Position numbers and translations under genes: made by a program. Under the pieces are notes generated by a model. The model was not told the origin of the DNA and ran no database searches. It saw only the letters and a program-made list of their open reading frames with translations. Positions 18,203-29,195 of a DNA stretch of 64,000 nucleotides are shown here, piece by piece; positions within the stretch are counted from its first letter, which is position 1, and each line of letters begins with the position of its first letter. The stretch covers positions 96,001 to 160,000 of the forward strand of contig JAHPZH010000009.1 of assembly GCA_019058315.1 (NCBI GenBank), given 5' to 3'. Source of the stretch: Candidatus Helarchaeota archaeon. GTDB taxonomy: Archaea > Asgardarchaeota > Lokiarchaeia > Helarchaeales > RDOG01.

Positions 18203-21200
18203 TTACTTAGCAAATTGCATGATATTTGTCTGATGCCCTTTATCTTTACTACTTTCAAATATTGAATTTATGTATTCTTCAGCTAATTCTAATCTTTGTT
18301 TTAAATAATTATCTAATTCATACTTTTTTGCAATATCAATCGCAATTTGTAAATATTTTATAATTCCACCTTTTGTAACAGTAAGAATTAATTTACCATT
18401 ACATGGTTTATCCCTAATTTTATTTCTACAATTACCAGAAAGCGGAATACGCCGATAAGTTTTATTACATTTTGGACAACGATAGGATTGATTGGCAAAA
18501 GCCCGTAAATTTCCAATAATATCACGTAAAAAATGTTTTTCAATTATACGTTTAGCTGCATCTTTTACGTCAACTGCTCGAATTTTTTTTGCTATATCTA
18601 ATTGAGCTTCGACTTTTTCCTTCATTGATTTTAATTTTTTATATTTAGTCTCTTTAGGCCCAAAATTGATATTTGTAGTATAATGACTGAATTTAAAACC
18701 TTCATATTGCAAAGATGAACCACGTCTCTTATCTACAATATCAATTATATTTCGAACGTCTTTAGGACTTGGAAAATTAATAGTAGAATCATAAAATAAG
18801 AGTGGTAATTTCTCTGCTACCTCCATATTATAAACTTCATCATCAATCTCATCAGGGTTAATTGTGAGGGTGAGAATTAAAGGAGCATCCATTACCCCTC
18901 CACGAGTAGCTGGTAAATAATCGATAGAGAAATTAAGAAGTGCATCAAGAGCTAAAATAATTGCATCTTCATCACTATCACAGTTTCTCCTTTTTCCAGC
19001 ATGCCAATAAGGGTGAGCAAAGAGAACATTTGATTCTGTAAATCCTATAATTCTCCCAACAACTCCTGCTGAAATATGTGGTGCTAATCCTATTACAATA
19101 TGTCCTAAAAGCCCTTTAATATTTTTTAAATTGTAAAATTTCGGTAAATTGTAGACTTTTTCAAGCAAATCGTCAATGAATTTTGAAACTTTTAAAAGAT
19201 ACTCAGCACTGTTATAGGAGATTACAATATCTTGTACTCTTAATTCAACAATTTGGTTTTCACTAGTAAGTTCAAAACCTTTATAATCTGATGTATAACC
19301 TAATCTTTTTAATTCTTTTAAGTCGATACCAATTTCGAATGGTTTAAAATGGGTCAAAGGGGCGTCAGTAGCATCATATCTACAAGTACCATCTCTAAAT
19401 ACAAAGGTATTGTTTTTAGCCCTCAATATTCCTTTTTCTAAAAGTTCAGGTGTTTTATCTTTACTTATTAAACCTATAACACATTTTACTTTTTCAGGTG
19501 CTAATTCTTTTAATGATTTAAGTTTTTTACTTAGCAGTTTATTTAAATTTATATGTTTTTTGGTAGAGAATTTAGCTTGTGCTCCGCAACACTTACATAT
19601 ACCATCATCAATTTCAATATTACATTTCGAACATATCATAACCTTTGAAGTTCGAACTTTACAACGAGGACATAGATTTTCATAAGTGATTTCATTACAT
19701 TTAGTGCATTTTTTCGTAACTATATCAACAAACGGCTCTTTTCTATTGAAAGCAGCTTTAATCAGGTCTCTTTGAGTTCCGCCTGTTCTTCCTATAGGAA
19801 AAAGACTATGAACTGGAGGATTCATTTTTCTTTCTTTGGATTTTTCAGGACGTCCCATACGTGCTCCAATATAATATGGAGCTTTAATTTTAACTTTAAT
19901 ATTAGAAATTGATTCTATAATCTTCAAACAATTGTCTTCTATAAGATCGGGTTGAATATCAATACTTTTATTATCTAATTGTAAGAGTTCTTTTAAAATT
20001 AATGAATTTTCAGTAAAAATAATTTTATTTTCTTTTACTTCATGTGGTATTTCAATTTTCTCGAGAATATTTTTAGCATTTTCATCATATTCATGAATTA
20101 TATAATTGGATGCAGGTCTATTTTGAGAGTTTGATTCTATTAACCAATTACGTAAAAACACGAATTCATCCTTTGATATATCATTCCAGCAATAATTATA
20201 TGTCGGATGTAAAGAAATATCCAGATTTTTAGAGATTTTGATAGCTTCTTTTTGTGTAGGTTTAAAATTTAAAGGTTTTTGGATGAATTTTTCCAATTTT
20301 TCATTATTAATATTCAACATTTTGCTTACTGAATTCAAACTAGGGAATTTTTTAGTTACAGATTTTAATTCTTCAGCCCACCATTCCTCACAATCCGCAG
20401 AAGGTAAAATAACATGATCATTTTCTAAAAATTCTCCAAAAGCAATTAGACAATCCCCTTGAGAAATAATTTCTTTAATTGATGATTTTAATTTTTTTGC
20501 TTCTTCTATTGAATTTATTCTTTTAACACTTCCATTTTTTAATTTAACAAGAGGTCCCTCTATAGAGTCTACAGGCATAACAATAGAGCCTTTTCCAGGT
20601 CTTTCAGTTATAAACTGTGTACCATTCGCAATAAAACTATCTGTCCCAATAATCATTGTAGCAGGATTTAATCCAACAGCAGCTAAACCAGTATTTCTTG
20701 ATCTTCCATATCGTAATCTAAATCCTCCTTTACGAGAAGGATATGCAAGAATTGGTCGTCCTGCAATAACATCCGCTAAAAATTTTGTTTTTGGTTTTAT
20801 ATCCATTTCTTTTTCTTTGACTTTTTGTTTCTGAGTAACCAATTTATCAATCCATTCCCAGCCTTCAATCTTCGACTTCGAAATTATTCGTTTTAATTTA
20901 TGAGCTTTTCCTAATAATCCGTCATTAAAAACTAATACAGCACCACCTCTTACTCTATTGGTCTCTATTCGAGGAAGGTCTCTATGGCCTGTAACTTCTT
21001 CCTTTTGTGTTGGTTCTCCTGTAATTTCAATTGGAATATGTGTAGCAGCATATTTAATATCATCCGGTTTGGAAGGAAATTGAAGGCTCATAATATCCTT
21101 ATATAAATTAATTTCCTCTAAATAACGCTCGACTTCCCTTTCTGTGGTTTTATATCTGCTTAAATGTAAGATTTTACGAACAATATCACCAATTAAAATG

Positions 21201-21724
21201 GTAAGTGCTGTTTCAGTACCTCCAGCAGAACGAATTGGACCCGAGAAATAAATAGCTAAATATTCAGTTTTATCAAGATTTTGCTTAATCTTCACACTTG
21301 CAATACCATCGATAGGAGCTGCTGTTATTCCTTCAGTTAAGATTCCAAGTGCTGTTCTAACCGCTTGATCAGCCCTTCTTTGCTTAGTCTCTAATCCAAA
21401 TTCACCCGAAGCAATTTCTTCGGCAATTTTAAAAGCAATTTTTTCATGGTCTAATTTATTATTAATTAATTCACGAATTCTAGTTGCCACATTTTGAGGA
21501 CCTATCAATTTTTCAACTCGAGATGCCACATCAGTCGCCCAAGGGATTTCTACTGCATTTGAAGGGTCATATCCTTTACCCCTTGCCCGATTTGCGACAT
21601 TATATAATTTTTCAATTTCTGAAATTAAATTGATAAAATAATCTTTGATATTATTACTCATATTATTTTGGTTTAAATCATGCGAATTCTTGCTTTCTAG
21701 AGAACCTTCTTCAGAAATTATCAT
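18203..21724 (-). CDS. polC: DNA polymerase D large subunit (DP2)
   Basis: FSGPIRSAGGT, GGFRLRYGRSRNTG, RMGRPEK, KRRNCDSDED, zinc fingers; no intein. Confidence 0.96.
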   Translation of the reverse strand: MIISEEGSLESKNSHDLNQNNMSNNIKDYFINLISEIEKLYNVANRARGKGYDPSNAVEIPWATDVASRVEKLIGPQNVATRIRELINNKLDHEKIAFKIAEEIASGEFGLETKQRRADQAVRTALGILTEGITAAPIDGIASVKIKQNLDKTEYLAIYFSGPIRSAGGTETALTILIGDIVRKILHLSRYKTTEREVERYLEEINLYKDIMSLQFPSKPDDIKYAATHIPIEITGEPTQKEEVTGHRDLPRIETNRVRGGAVLVFNDGLLGKAHKLKRIISKSKIEGWEWIDKLVTQKQKVKEKEMDIKPKTKFLADVIAGRPILAYPSRKGGFRLRYGRSRNTGLAAVGLNPATMIIGTDSFIANGTQFITERPGKGSIVMPVDSIEGPLVKLKNGSVKRINSIEEAKKLKSSIKEIISQGDCLIAFGEFLENDHVILPSADCEEWWAEELKSVTKKFPSLNSVSKMLNINNEKLEKFIQKPLNFKPTQKEAIKISKNLDISLHPTYNYCWNDISKDEFVFLRNWLIESNSQNRPASNYIIHEYDENAKNILEKIEIPHEVKENKIIFTENSLILKELLQLDNKSIDIQPDLIEDNCLKIIESISNIKVKIKAPYYIGARMGRPEKSKERKMNPPVHSLFPIGRTGGTQRDLIKAAFNRKEPFVDIVTKKCTKCNEITYENLCPRCKVRTSKVMICSKCNIEIDDGICKCCGAQAKFSTKKHINLNKLLSKKLKSLKELAPEKVKCVIGLISKDKTPELLEKGILRAKNNTFVFRDGTCRYDATDAPLTHFKPFEIGIDLKELKRLGYTSDYKGFELTSENQIVELRVQDIVISYNSAEYLLKVSKFIDDLLEKVYNLPKFYNLKNIKGLLGHIVIGLAPHISAGVVGRIIGFTESNVLFAHPYWHAGKRRNCDSDEDAIILALDALLNFSIDYLPATRGGVMDAPLILTLTINPDEIDDEVYNMEVAEKLPLLFYDSTINFPSPKDVRNIIDIVDKRRGSSLQYEGFKFSHYTTNINFGPKETKYKKLKSMKEKVEAQLDIAKKIRAVDVKDAAKRIIEKHFLRDIIGNLRAFANQSYRCPKCNKTYRRIPLSGNCRNKIRDKPCNGKLILTVTKGGIIKYLQIAIDIAKKYELDNYLKQRLELAEEYINSIFESSKDKGHQTNIMQFAK

Positions 21725-21943
21725 ACAAATACTTTATATTTTCTTAGAAATATAAAATAATTTTTAAAAAATAACACTATATTCAAATAAATAAATTATT
21801 AAATTATTATCTTTTCGAAAATTGATTGAATTTCAATTTTTAACTTATTTTATATCCGACAAAAATAATCATCTTTAATAATATTCTATAATTCTTATTT
21901 TTTAACTCGAACCAGAAAAGTAAAATTAATTATTATTAAAATA

Positions 21944-23320
21944 TTGATATTAAAAAAATTAATACATTCCAAAATTAGTATTGAGGAAATCTTTGTGAAA
22001 GCTAAAAGAAAAGGAATAATACGAATTTTTTTAATCGTAGCTATTGTGCTCTTCACTATTCCTTTAATATCCTCAACTTCATTGGAATATACAAGCTCTT
22101 CAGAAGTAAGGATATTATTTGATGAAGCTCATGGGCAATTCTGCCAATTGGATGATTATAAAGGGAATTATATCCTAGCTCTTACCTTGTTGAACATGTC
22201 TGCTCGATATGAAGTAAGAGTCCTTAAAGATAATTCTTCGATTACACCTTTGAGACTACTTGGAGTTGATATTTTAGTTATAGGAAATCCTGGAATTAAT
22301 AATACATATGATGAAAAAGAATTAAATACAATTTCTGCTTTTGCTTTAAAGGGTGGCTCAATTTTACTAATGAGTGAAGGATATGTGGAAGATCGCTATC
22401 CATTAAATCAAAGTATTCCAAATACTACTGAATTAAATAAAATTTTAAAAGCTGTAGGTCTTGTCCAAGCCAAATTTACTAATGAAACTATTAGAGATGT
22501 CAGTCAATGGTTATATTATTATGCAGGTGATACTCATCAAATTCCAATCACTAGTGCTAGTTTCTCGCCTCAATATACAGTAGGTATGGGGATTGATATG
22601 GTATTAATGTTTGGCTCACATATAGATATAAATCCATTTATATTTTCAAATAATATTATGGCAACTGGACGTACATTGGATCTGGGAACTTTTATTTACC
22701 CCCTTTCTACAACTACTTCGGGAACAACTCTACCTATATGGCTCGCAGGATTTCAGCTATTTACAGGATCACGAGTATTACTTTGCGGTTCAACTATGAT
22801 GTTTAGTGACTTAATTCCTAGAGGTTTGGAAAGAAGAATGAAATTTGGGGAAGATAATCTTACTATTGCATCACCATGGTATTTTTCATATGATACTTCT
22901 GATTTTGGGCTTTTATTTGGTCTTCCATCATTTGATAATGCTCAATTATGGATGAATATGTTTGATTGGCTGAGTATTTCAGAAAATCAAAACTTTCTCC
23001 CTTTAATAATAGCTTTTTTAGCTGGTATAATCGGAATATTAGGAATAGGTTTTTCATTATTTATTTATGCAAAAAGGACTAAAATCAAAGAAATAAAAAT
23101 AGAAATCTCGGAACAAGAAATAGAAGAGTTGCCAACTGTATTAGAAAGAGCTGAAACTTTAAAATCTGCAAGAAAAAGTCTAAAAACTGGAGAATACTCA
23201 AAAGCAGCTGAATTATATATCAAAGCTTCAAAATTATCCTCTAAAATTAAAGATGATATTAATCGTAAAAAATTCAATAAAAAAGCAAGAGATATACGTT
23301 CTTCTAGAAAATTAAAATAA
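21944..23320 (+). CDS. Membrane-anchored GIFT/DUF4350-domain protein (N-terminal signal/TM, C-terminal TM and cytoplasmic helical tail)
   Basis: ILFDEAHGQ, DILVIGNP, GGSILLM, SRVLLCGSTMMFSD, DNAQLWMNMFDWL, two hydrophobic segments. Confidence 0.6.
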   Translation: MILKKLIHSKISIEEIFVKAKRKGIIRIFLIVAIVLFTIPLISSTSLEYTSSSEVRILFDEAHGQFCQLDDYKGNYILALTLLNMSARYEVRVLKDNSSITPLRLLGVDILVIGNPGINNTYDEKELNTISAFALKGGSILLMSEGYVEDRYPLNQSIPNTTELNKILKAVGLVQAKFTNETIRDVSQWLYYYAGDTHQIPITSASFSPQYTVGMGIDMVLMFGSHIDINPFIFSNNIMATGRTLDLGTFIYPLSTTTSGTTLPIWLAGFQLFTGSRVLLCGSTMMFSDLIPRGLERRMKFGEDNLTIASPWYFSYDTSDFGLLFGLPSFDNAQLWMNMFDWLSISENQNFLPLIIAFLAGIIGILGIGFSLFIYAKRTKIKEIKIEISEQEIEELPTVLERAETLKSARKSLKTGEYSKAAELYIKASKLSSKIKDDINRKKFNKKARDIRSSRKLK

Positions 23321-23374
23321 ATTTAAATTAGAAAGTCTTAACTTTACTAGAATCATTAAATAAAGGTTTGCTGC

Positions 23375-23638
23375 TTATGCTTCTTGTTCTTCGTAAATTT
23401 TATCAATAAAATGACCATATACATCAACAGGCTCGTCCAAGAATGTAATATTATCTAACTCTACTTTTAATTGGCAATTTCCACAAGTTACGATTGCTCT
23501 GCCTATTCCATCTAAACTCGCTGGTTTAAAAATCTCAATTACAACGCTAGATTTGGTCCCACACATTGGGCAGTCAAAAACTTTTGGAATTCTTTTCCTA
23601 GGTCGACGAGCAACTTTTTGTCTCTTTCTTCTGCCCAT
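23375..23638 (-). CDS. elf1: Transcription elongation factor Elf1
   Basis: MGRRKR, FDCPMC, CGNC, EPVDVYGHFID. Confidence 0.92.
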   Translation of the reverse strand: MGRRKRQKVARRPRKRIPKVFDCPMCGTKSSVVIEIFKPASLDGIGRAIVTCGNCQLKVELDNITFLDEPVDVYGHFIDKIYEEQEA

Positions 23639-23726
23639 ATTTTCAAATCCTTTAATATTTATTAATCAAAATAAGTAAATTCAATTTATTTAATTTTTTG
23701 ATTTATATACTTCCTAAATAGTATAT

Positions 23727-24308
23727 TTAGATTTTTTTTCTTATTGTTGCAAAATCTTCAGTTTCTTGCATATTCCAAGTACAAATTTCTTTCAAATTAG
23801 ACTTATTGAACATATTTTCAAATTCTTTTAATTCTAACTCCTTTTTTAAAATAGTAAAAATTGTAAAACCTCCTCTTTTACATATTCTTTTAACTTCATT
23901 TATTGACATAACGGGATCAGGAAGGTTTTGTAATAGTGTGATTGAAAAAACAGTAGAAAATATGTTTTCCCTGAAAGGTAAAAAATCCGTATCTGCACAA
24001 ATTAAATGTAAGATATTATTTTCGTTCTTTTTTAAGGCAATTTTTAACATTTCTTTGGATATATCAATACCAACTAAAAAATTGGTGTGATTTTTTAATA
24101 GATTAAAAATAAGACATGTTCCACATCCTAAATCTAAAATAGCTTCTTTTTTGAATTTTTTTAACTTATTAAAAATCATTTTATATTTTAGATTTTGGAT
24201 TGATTTATATCGTTTATCATAATTTTTAGCAGTCTGATTATATTTAGAAATCATGTCTAATTTCTTTTTAATTGAATTTATTTTCCCGAAATTTAATTTA
24301 TTAGTCAT
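23727..24308 (-). CDS. Class I SAM-dependent methyltransferase
   Basis: ILDLGCGT, GIDISKEML, ADTDFLPF. Confidence 0.85.
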   Translation of the reverse strand: MTNKLNFGKINSIKKKLDMISKYNQTAKNYDKRYKSIQNLKYKMIFNKLKKFKKEAILDLGCGTCLIFNLLKNHTNFLVGIDISKEMLKIALKKNENNILHLICADTDFLPFRENIFSTVFSITLLQNLPDPVMSINEVKRICKRGGFTIFTILKKELELKEFENMFNKSNLKEICTWNMQETEDFATIRKKI

Positions 24309-24828
24309 TATCGTCTATTTCGCTCTTTGATACTAAAGATTCAATCATTTCATGAAAGTCAAATAAAAAATCATCTAATATTTTTTCACGCGTCTTCATA
24401 GTTTCCTTTTCAGATAATCTTAACAATAACGAATCATCTTTTCTTATGGAATTAATAATCATCTCAATTATCAATTCTTTAATCTTTTTAAGCCCTTCAT
24501 CAGTAAATCTGTAGATTTTTTTGGTCTTCCCTCTACAATGAGCGTATTTCGTCGCTATAATGAATTTACAAATCCCATTTTTTTCCCATTTTTTCAAAAT
24601 GTCCTTTACTAATCTATGAGTTATAGAAAATTTCGTATTTGGTTTATTTAATATCTTTAATACTAATTTTGCTAATTGTGAACTCGGAAAATCGTAACTA
24701 TGCCATTTAGAATTTACACCAACAACATATTCAGCGATAATCCATTCAATAATTTTTTCTTCTTCCTTTAATTTTTTAATTATCCCCAATTCTAAAGATG
24801 ATTTCCTTTTCTTTATTGCTTTGACCAT
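24301..24828 (-). CDS. Hypothetical protein, possible winged helix
   Basis: ORF with ATG at 24828; ILKKWEKNGIC...TKKIYRFTDEG resembles a wHTH wing. Confidence 0.55.
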   Translation of the reverse strand: MVKAIKKRKSSLELGIIKKLKEEEKIIEWIIAEYVVGVNSKWHSYDFPSSQLAKLVLKILNKPNTKFSITHRLVKDILKKWEKNGICKFIIATKYAHCRGKTKKIYRFTDEGLKKIKELIIEMIINSIRKDDSLLLRLSEKETMKTREKILDDFLFDFHEMIESLVSKSEIDDND

Positions 24829-24945
24829 ATAGATATTAATAATGATTTTATAATATAAGGATTTCAATCCTAAATGAATTTAGAATAAAAAGAAGAAAAA
24901 TAATTAATTTAACTAATTTGATAAAAATAGATAAATAATTTATAA

Positions 24946-26757
24946 TTATTTAGAAAGACTTTCTAAACTACGTTTAATAGTTTTAACCTTTGTCCATATT
25001 TCGTCCGCTAGCTTTATTTCTTCTAATTGCTCCGAAATTATTGCGGCTCTTTCTAAAAATCTCACTGCATCATTGAAATTTTCTTTATCAATAGCACCGT
25101 CAGCTTCCTCCATTACTTTTTTCCTTTCTTCTCTAAGAGTTGTTTTTTCTTCATCTGAGAGCTCTATTTTCTCTATTTTTTCTGGAGCTTCTTTGATTTC
25201 CTCTTTTTTTTCTATTTTTAATTTTTTATGAATTTCCTTTTCTAATATTAAGATTTTTTGTAATTCTTCTTCTGCCCCTTCTTCTTTAATTTCAACGAGC
25301 TGCATTCCAATTTTTTTAGCTCTTTCGAGAGGTGCAAGAGCAACATCATACAATTTGTTTTTAATTGCTCTCTTAACTTTAATTAATTCTTCTTTTTGAT
25401 CATTCTTAAGTTGGTCAATTTGTTTTTTATCAAGAATTGGCTTAACTCTGGGTAATTTTGGTTTAGCTATTGGTTTTACTTTTATAACCGGTTTGGGTTT
25501 AGGTACTTCTTTCATTTTAATTTTAGGTTTTGCAGGTAGTTTAACTTTAGGTTTTGCTTCTTCTTTAGCAATTCGTTCGTCTTCTTCTTTTTTCATCAAC
25601 ATTGCAGCTCTTGTACCAAACATTGCTACTTCGGGCGATAATCCTTGAAATATACCTTTTAAAAGATTTAAATGTTGCAATGCAAGACTCTGGGAAATAT
25701 TTCGTTCACCCCACCTTCTACGAATTGCATCCACCATGTATTCGGGAAAAAATGTTGGATAAGCTATATCATTTAATAAATAAATAAGATCGTTTCCATC
25801 CTTTTGTTTTATTTCTTTTATTAATTCTATTTTATTAAGCGCACTTAATTTTGCATCCAAGCTTGTTGGATTAAGGTTAAGAGTTTTAATAAGTGCTTCT
25901 TTCTCCTGATAATTCTGCCTTAAAACTGAAATTACAGAATATAAATCTGGATCTGAAAATATTATTGAACATTCTTTACTATCTTTTTCCTCTAATTTAT
26001 ATTTTTTAAAAAATCTTTGAACATCATTCCTATAACCACTAAATATTGCCTTTTTAACTTTCCCTTTCTTTCCAAATTGTTTAATCATATTTTTGGCAGG
26101 AACTCTCATGAAGAATACATCTTTTATTAAAAATAAGCATTCAGTCTCCGCGCTTATTTCAGTTGGGATTTTAAATTCTTTTAAGATATTAGTTTTGAAA
26201 AATGGCATTAATAATCCATCTAAATCTAATACATCTTCACCCATTCTATCACTAAGCCATTTACGTAAAACTTCTTTAATTACTGCTCCTTCAGTTAATT
26301 TTCTTAAAATTAGTACTCGAGTTGGGTTCTTGAAGATGAAAGAAAACCTTTGTTCATCAGTTAAAGATAAGAATTTTGGAATTTTTTCAAAATAACTCCT
26401 TAAAATATCAGTAAAATTTGGCTTTTTTCGTTGTTCAACTATTTCATAAATAGTTTCAACCAGTGATTCTTCATATATACTAGGATCTTCAGTATCTTCT
26501 AATATTAAAGCAACATAGAATTGATCTCTTCCTTCTTCTGGAAGACCTGTATAATAAGAACAAATATTTAAGCCTTCAATCATCATAGAAAGAAAACCCG
26601 CCTCGCCACCACCCATTGCATGTGTTGTAAATATTCGCAATAATTGATCTTCAGAAATTGAAATGTTGGGATATTTTCCTTCAAGAACAATTCCTATTTT
26701 GTCATCCCATCTGACAAGGACAATTCCTCTTGGAATTTTAAAAACCTCTTTTATCAA
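24946..26757 (-). CDS. Asgard-type protein with N-terminal longin/uDENN-like region, Lys/Pro linker and C-terminal helical (MIT/TPR-like) repeats
   Basis: GIVLVRWDDKIGIVLEGKYP start; PKPK-rich linker; A...A......A...LERA repeats. Confidence 0.5.
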   Translation of the reverse strand: MIKEVFKIPRGIVLVRWDDKIGIVLEGKYPNISISEDQLLRIFTTHAMGGGEAGFLSMMIEGLNICSYYTGLPEEGRDQFYVALILEDTEDPSIYEESLVETIYEIVEQRKKPNFTDILRSYFEKIPKFLSLTDEQRFSFIFKNPTRVLILRKLTEGAVIKEVLRKWLSDRMGEDVLDLDGLLMPFFKTNILKEFKIPTEISAETECLFLIKDVFFMRVPAKNMIKQFGKKGKVKKAIFSGYRNDVQRFFKKYKLEEKDSKECSIIFSDPDLYSVISVLRQNYQEKEALIKTLNLNPTSLDAKLSALNKIELIKEIKQKDGNDLIYLLNDIAYPTFFPEYMVDAIRRRWGERNISQSLALQHLNLLKGIFQGLSPEVAMFGTRAAMLMKKEEDERIAKEEAKPKVKLPAKPKIKMKEVPKPKPVIKVKPIAKPKLPRVKPILDKKQIDQLKNDQKEELIKVKRAIKNKLYDVALAPLERAKKIGMQLVEIKEEGAEEELQKILILEKEIHKKLKIEKKEEIKEAPEKIEKIELSDEEKTTLREERKKVMEEADGAIDKENFNDAVRFLERAAIISEQLEEIKLADEIWTKVKTIKRSLESLSK

Positions 26758-27136
26758 TTCTCAAATATAATTCTGAATAGTTATCATAATAAATGAAGGT
26801 TATTAAATGAATAGACTAATTTTCTAATAAGTCATTTATATCTGTATTCTTTTTTTTATATTTTGTTGAGTATTTTTAAATTCAATAATTATACAAACTT
26901 TCACGTTAAATAATAATTTTAGATAAAATTACCAATTTAAAAAACAAGTTTATTCTTTAATTAATAAAAAAGTTTAGGTATTAAATAATTAATAACTAGG
27001 TATATACAGAAACCGTTTGAAACAGTTATAAATTAAGATATAGCCATTTGAATTTTAAAGTTTTTAGAGAAAAAGGAAAGAAGGGTCAGAAAATAAGAAA
27101 TTTTTTAAAAAATATTATTCTCATGTGAAAACTGAA

Positions 27137-27424
27137 TTAACCGAACAATGCTCCTAATCCAGTCGCTTCCTCTTTCTTTTCTTCTTTCTTTTCCTCTTTC
27201 TTTTCCTTTTTTGGTGCTTCAGGAGCTGTAGATTGAATTATAGGCATAGCTTGTGAACTACTTAAGGCTTCTTCTATATTCACGCCTTCTAAAGCTGCAA
27301 TAACAGCTTTAATCCTTCCAGTGTCGAGAGTTATTCCAGCGGCGGTCATGACTTTTTTTAGATTTTCTTCATTAATATCTTTTCCAGCTTTATGAAGCAA
27401 TAAAGAGCCATATATATATTCCAT
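27137..27424 (-). CDS. rpl12p: Ribosomal stalk protein P1 (aL12)
   Basis: [19 protein letters not shown]-terminus. Confidence 0.96.
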   Translation of the reverse strand: MEYIYGSLLLHKAGKDINEENLKKVMTAAGITLDTGRIKAVIAALEGVNIEEALSSSQAMPIIQSTAPEAPKKEKKEEKKEEKKEEATGLGALFG

Positions 27425-27436
27425 TTTTATACCTCC

Positions 27437-28423
27437 TTAACCAAATAAACTACCTAATCCACCTGAACTCGTTTCTTCGGGGGGTTTTTCCTTTTCTTTT
27501 TCTTCTACCTTTTCTTTTTCTTGAGTTTGTGTCGGGACTTCTATTGGTAGCGCGTTTGGATCAATTTCTAAAATTTTTGATAATATTATGTTTGAATTAT
27601 TATAAGCCTTAAATAAAATATCATTTATAAATTCTTTTTCAATAACAGGTGCACTTATTATTACAGACTTCGCTTGTTGATTAGCTTTCTGTAAAAGATG
27701 TGTGATATTTTCTTTATTTGGGAATGTAATTTCGATTGATAAATTCAAAGCAGAAGTATGAGCTGAAGTCAATTGTCCAAATATTTCGCTAAAATCTACT
27801 TCGAGATCTTCTCCTTTAAGTATCACGCCACTATCTAGGGCTGTATATAAGGATAAACCTACTTTCATTGGAAAAATATTAAGTTTAGTTAATACAATAG
27901 CCAGTTGTAATGAGATCTCGTCCCCTTGTTTAGCAATTACTTTTTCTTCTTTTATATGAATAGTACCTGATTGTACTTTTGTTTGTAATCCGACTGAATT
28001 CAATTCACTTATAACTGGTCCTGGTGGAAAACCTGTATCTTTTTCAGGAATAATGATATCAATTGGTGTGATATCGCCAGATTTTGCGGGAGCTTGAGCC
28101 TTATTTTCATTTAATATTTTTACTAATTTAAAAATGTTCAAATCTGTAAAAATGAGAGCTGTGGACCCTTTCATTTCGTCCATTAATTTTTTATATCCTG
28201 GTTTATCTCCAAATTTTTCAAATGCGAATTTGATTAACCGACTTTTAGCCATACGTATTACAGCAGTATCTCGAAGTTTTTTTCTAATAATCTGTAGCTG
28301 TTTTGAAGGAATTTTTTCCATTTTACATAGACCAATGATTGGATAACTTTCTATCAGTTTAGTTAACTCTTTAATTGTCTCTATCTTATGCTGAGGTATT
28401 TTTTTCTTGGCTGTTGTAGACAT
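27437..28423 (-). CDS. rpl10: Ribosomal protein P0 (uL10)
   Basis: QLQIIRKKLR, TGFPPGP, GLGSLFG tail. Confidence 0.96.
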   Translation of the reverse strand: MSTTAKKKIPQHKIETIKELTKLIESYPIIGLCKMEKIPSKQLQIIRKKLRDTAVIRMAKSRLIKFAFEKFGDKPGYKKLMDEMKGSTALIFTDLNIFKLVKILNENKAQAPAKSGDITPIDIIIPEKDTGFPPGPVISELNSVGLQTKVQSGTIHIKEEKVIAKQGDEISLQLAIVLTKLNIFPMKVGLSLYTALDSGVILKGEDLEVDFSEIFGQLTSAHTSALNLSIEITFPNKENITHLLQKANQQAKSVIISAPVIEKEFINDILFKAYNNSNIILSKILEIDPNALPIEVPTQTQEKEKVEEKEKEKPPEETSSGGLGSLFG

Positions 28424-28425
28424 TT

Positions 28426-29103
28426 TTATTTCCTCAAGGGTATTTTAACAGGGGGACTCATTGTTGCTTTAATAAATATTGATTTTACATTTCGTAAACC
28501 TTTCTCTAAATTATGTTCTAAATAATTCATTAAAACTTGAAGATTTTCAAATATTTCTTTAGATTCCATTTTTTCGTTCCCAATTGCAGTTTGAATAATG
28601 GGGTTCTTTTTTATTCGAAATCTGGCGGTTTTTTTGTATTTGTCTAAAATTTCCTCTAAATCCGATTTTGGATTTACAATGGCAGCACCTTTTGGGGGGG
28701 CAAGTGGCATTTTTCCAAGTGGTCCTAAAACAGGCCCTAAAAAACGTCCAACATTTGGCATTAAGTCGATTCCTACTATAAAAAAGTCGAAATCCTTAGC
28801 AATCTTTTTGGCAGATTTTCTGTCACTACCTAGACGCCCTAATTCTTCTTTATCAATTATCTTATCCGCTCCAGCTTTTTCAGCTCTTAGAGCAATATCG
28901 CCCTGTGCAATTACACAGATTTTTACATCCTTAATTGGATATTTAAGAGTTATTTCAGCATTTATTCTATTTTGTGGTTGATTCAAATCCAAATCTTTTA
29001 AATTAATAACAATATCAATTGTTTGAGTGAATTTTCTCGGCTTGGATTTTTTCTTTATCTCTTCAAGGGCAATATTAACATTTTCGGTAGTTACAGACAT
29101 CAA
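28426..29103 (-). CDS. rpl1: 50S ribosomal protein L1
   Basis: RKFTQTIDIVINLKD, LGPVLGPLGKMP, KATMSPPVK. Confidence 0.96.
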   Translation of the reverse strand: MMSVTTENVNIALEEIKKKSKPRKFTQTIDIVINLKDLDLNQPQNRINAEITLKYPIKDVKICVIAQGDIALRAEKAGADKIIDKEELGRLGSDRKSAKKIAKDFDFFIVGIDLMPNVGRFLGPVLGPLGKMPLAPPKGAAIVNPKSDLEEILDKYKKTARFRIKKNPIIQTAIGNEKMESKEIFENLQVLMNYLEHNLEKGLRNVKSIFIKATMSPPVKIPLRK

Positions 29104-29195
29104 TCACACCAGTCTGTTTTATTATTAGTTTATTTAGTAAAAAAAATTAATCTTATTAAATATTATCAAAAAATTAAATTTAGAAAAAATTTAAT

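Noticed and set aside
27010-27028. Imperfect palindrome AACCGTTTGAAACAGTT as a regulator site
   Set aside because: Only one clear instance; not distinguishable from chance.
28670-28715. Short in-frame insertions in L1 (LAPPKGAAI) and AlaRS (GGKGF, about 38395) as hidden introns
   Set aside because: No BHB fold with frame-preserving cuts; they look like ordinary protein loops.
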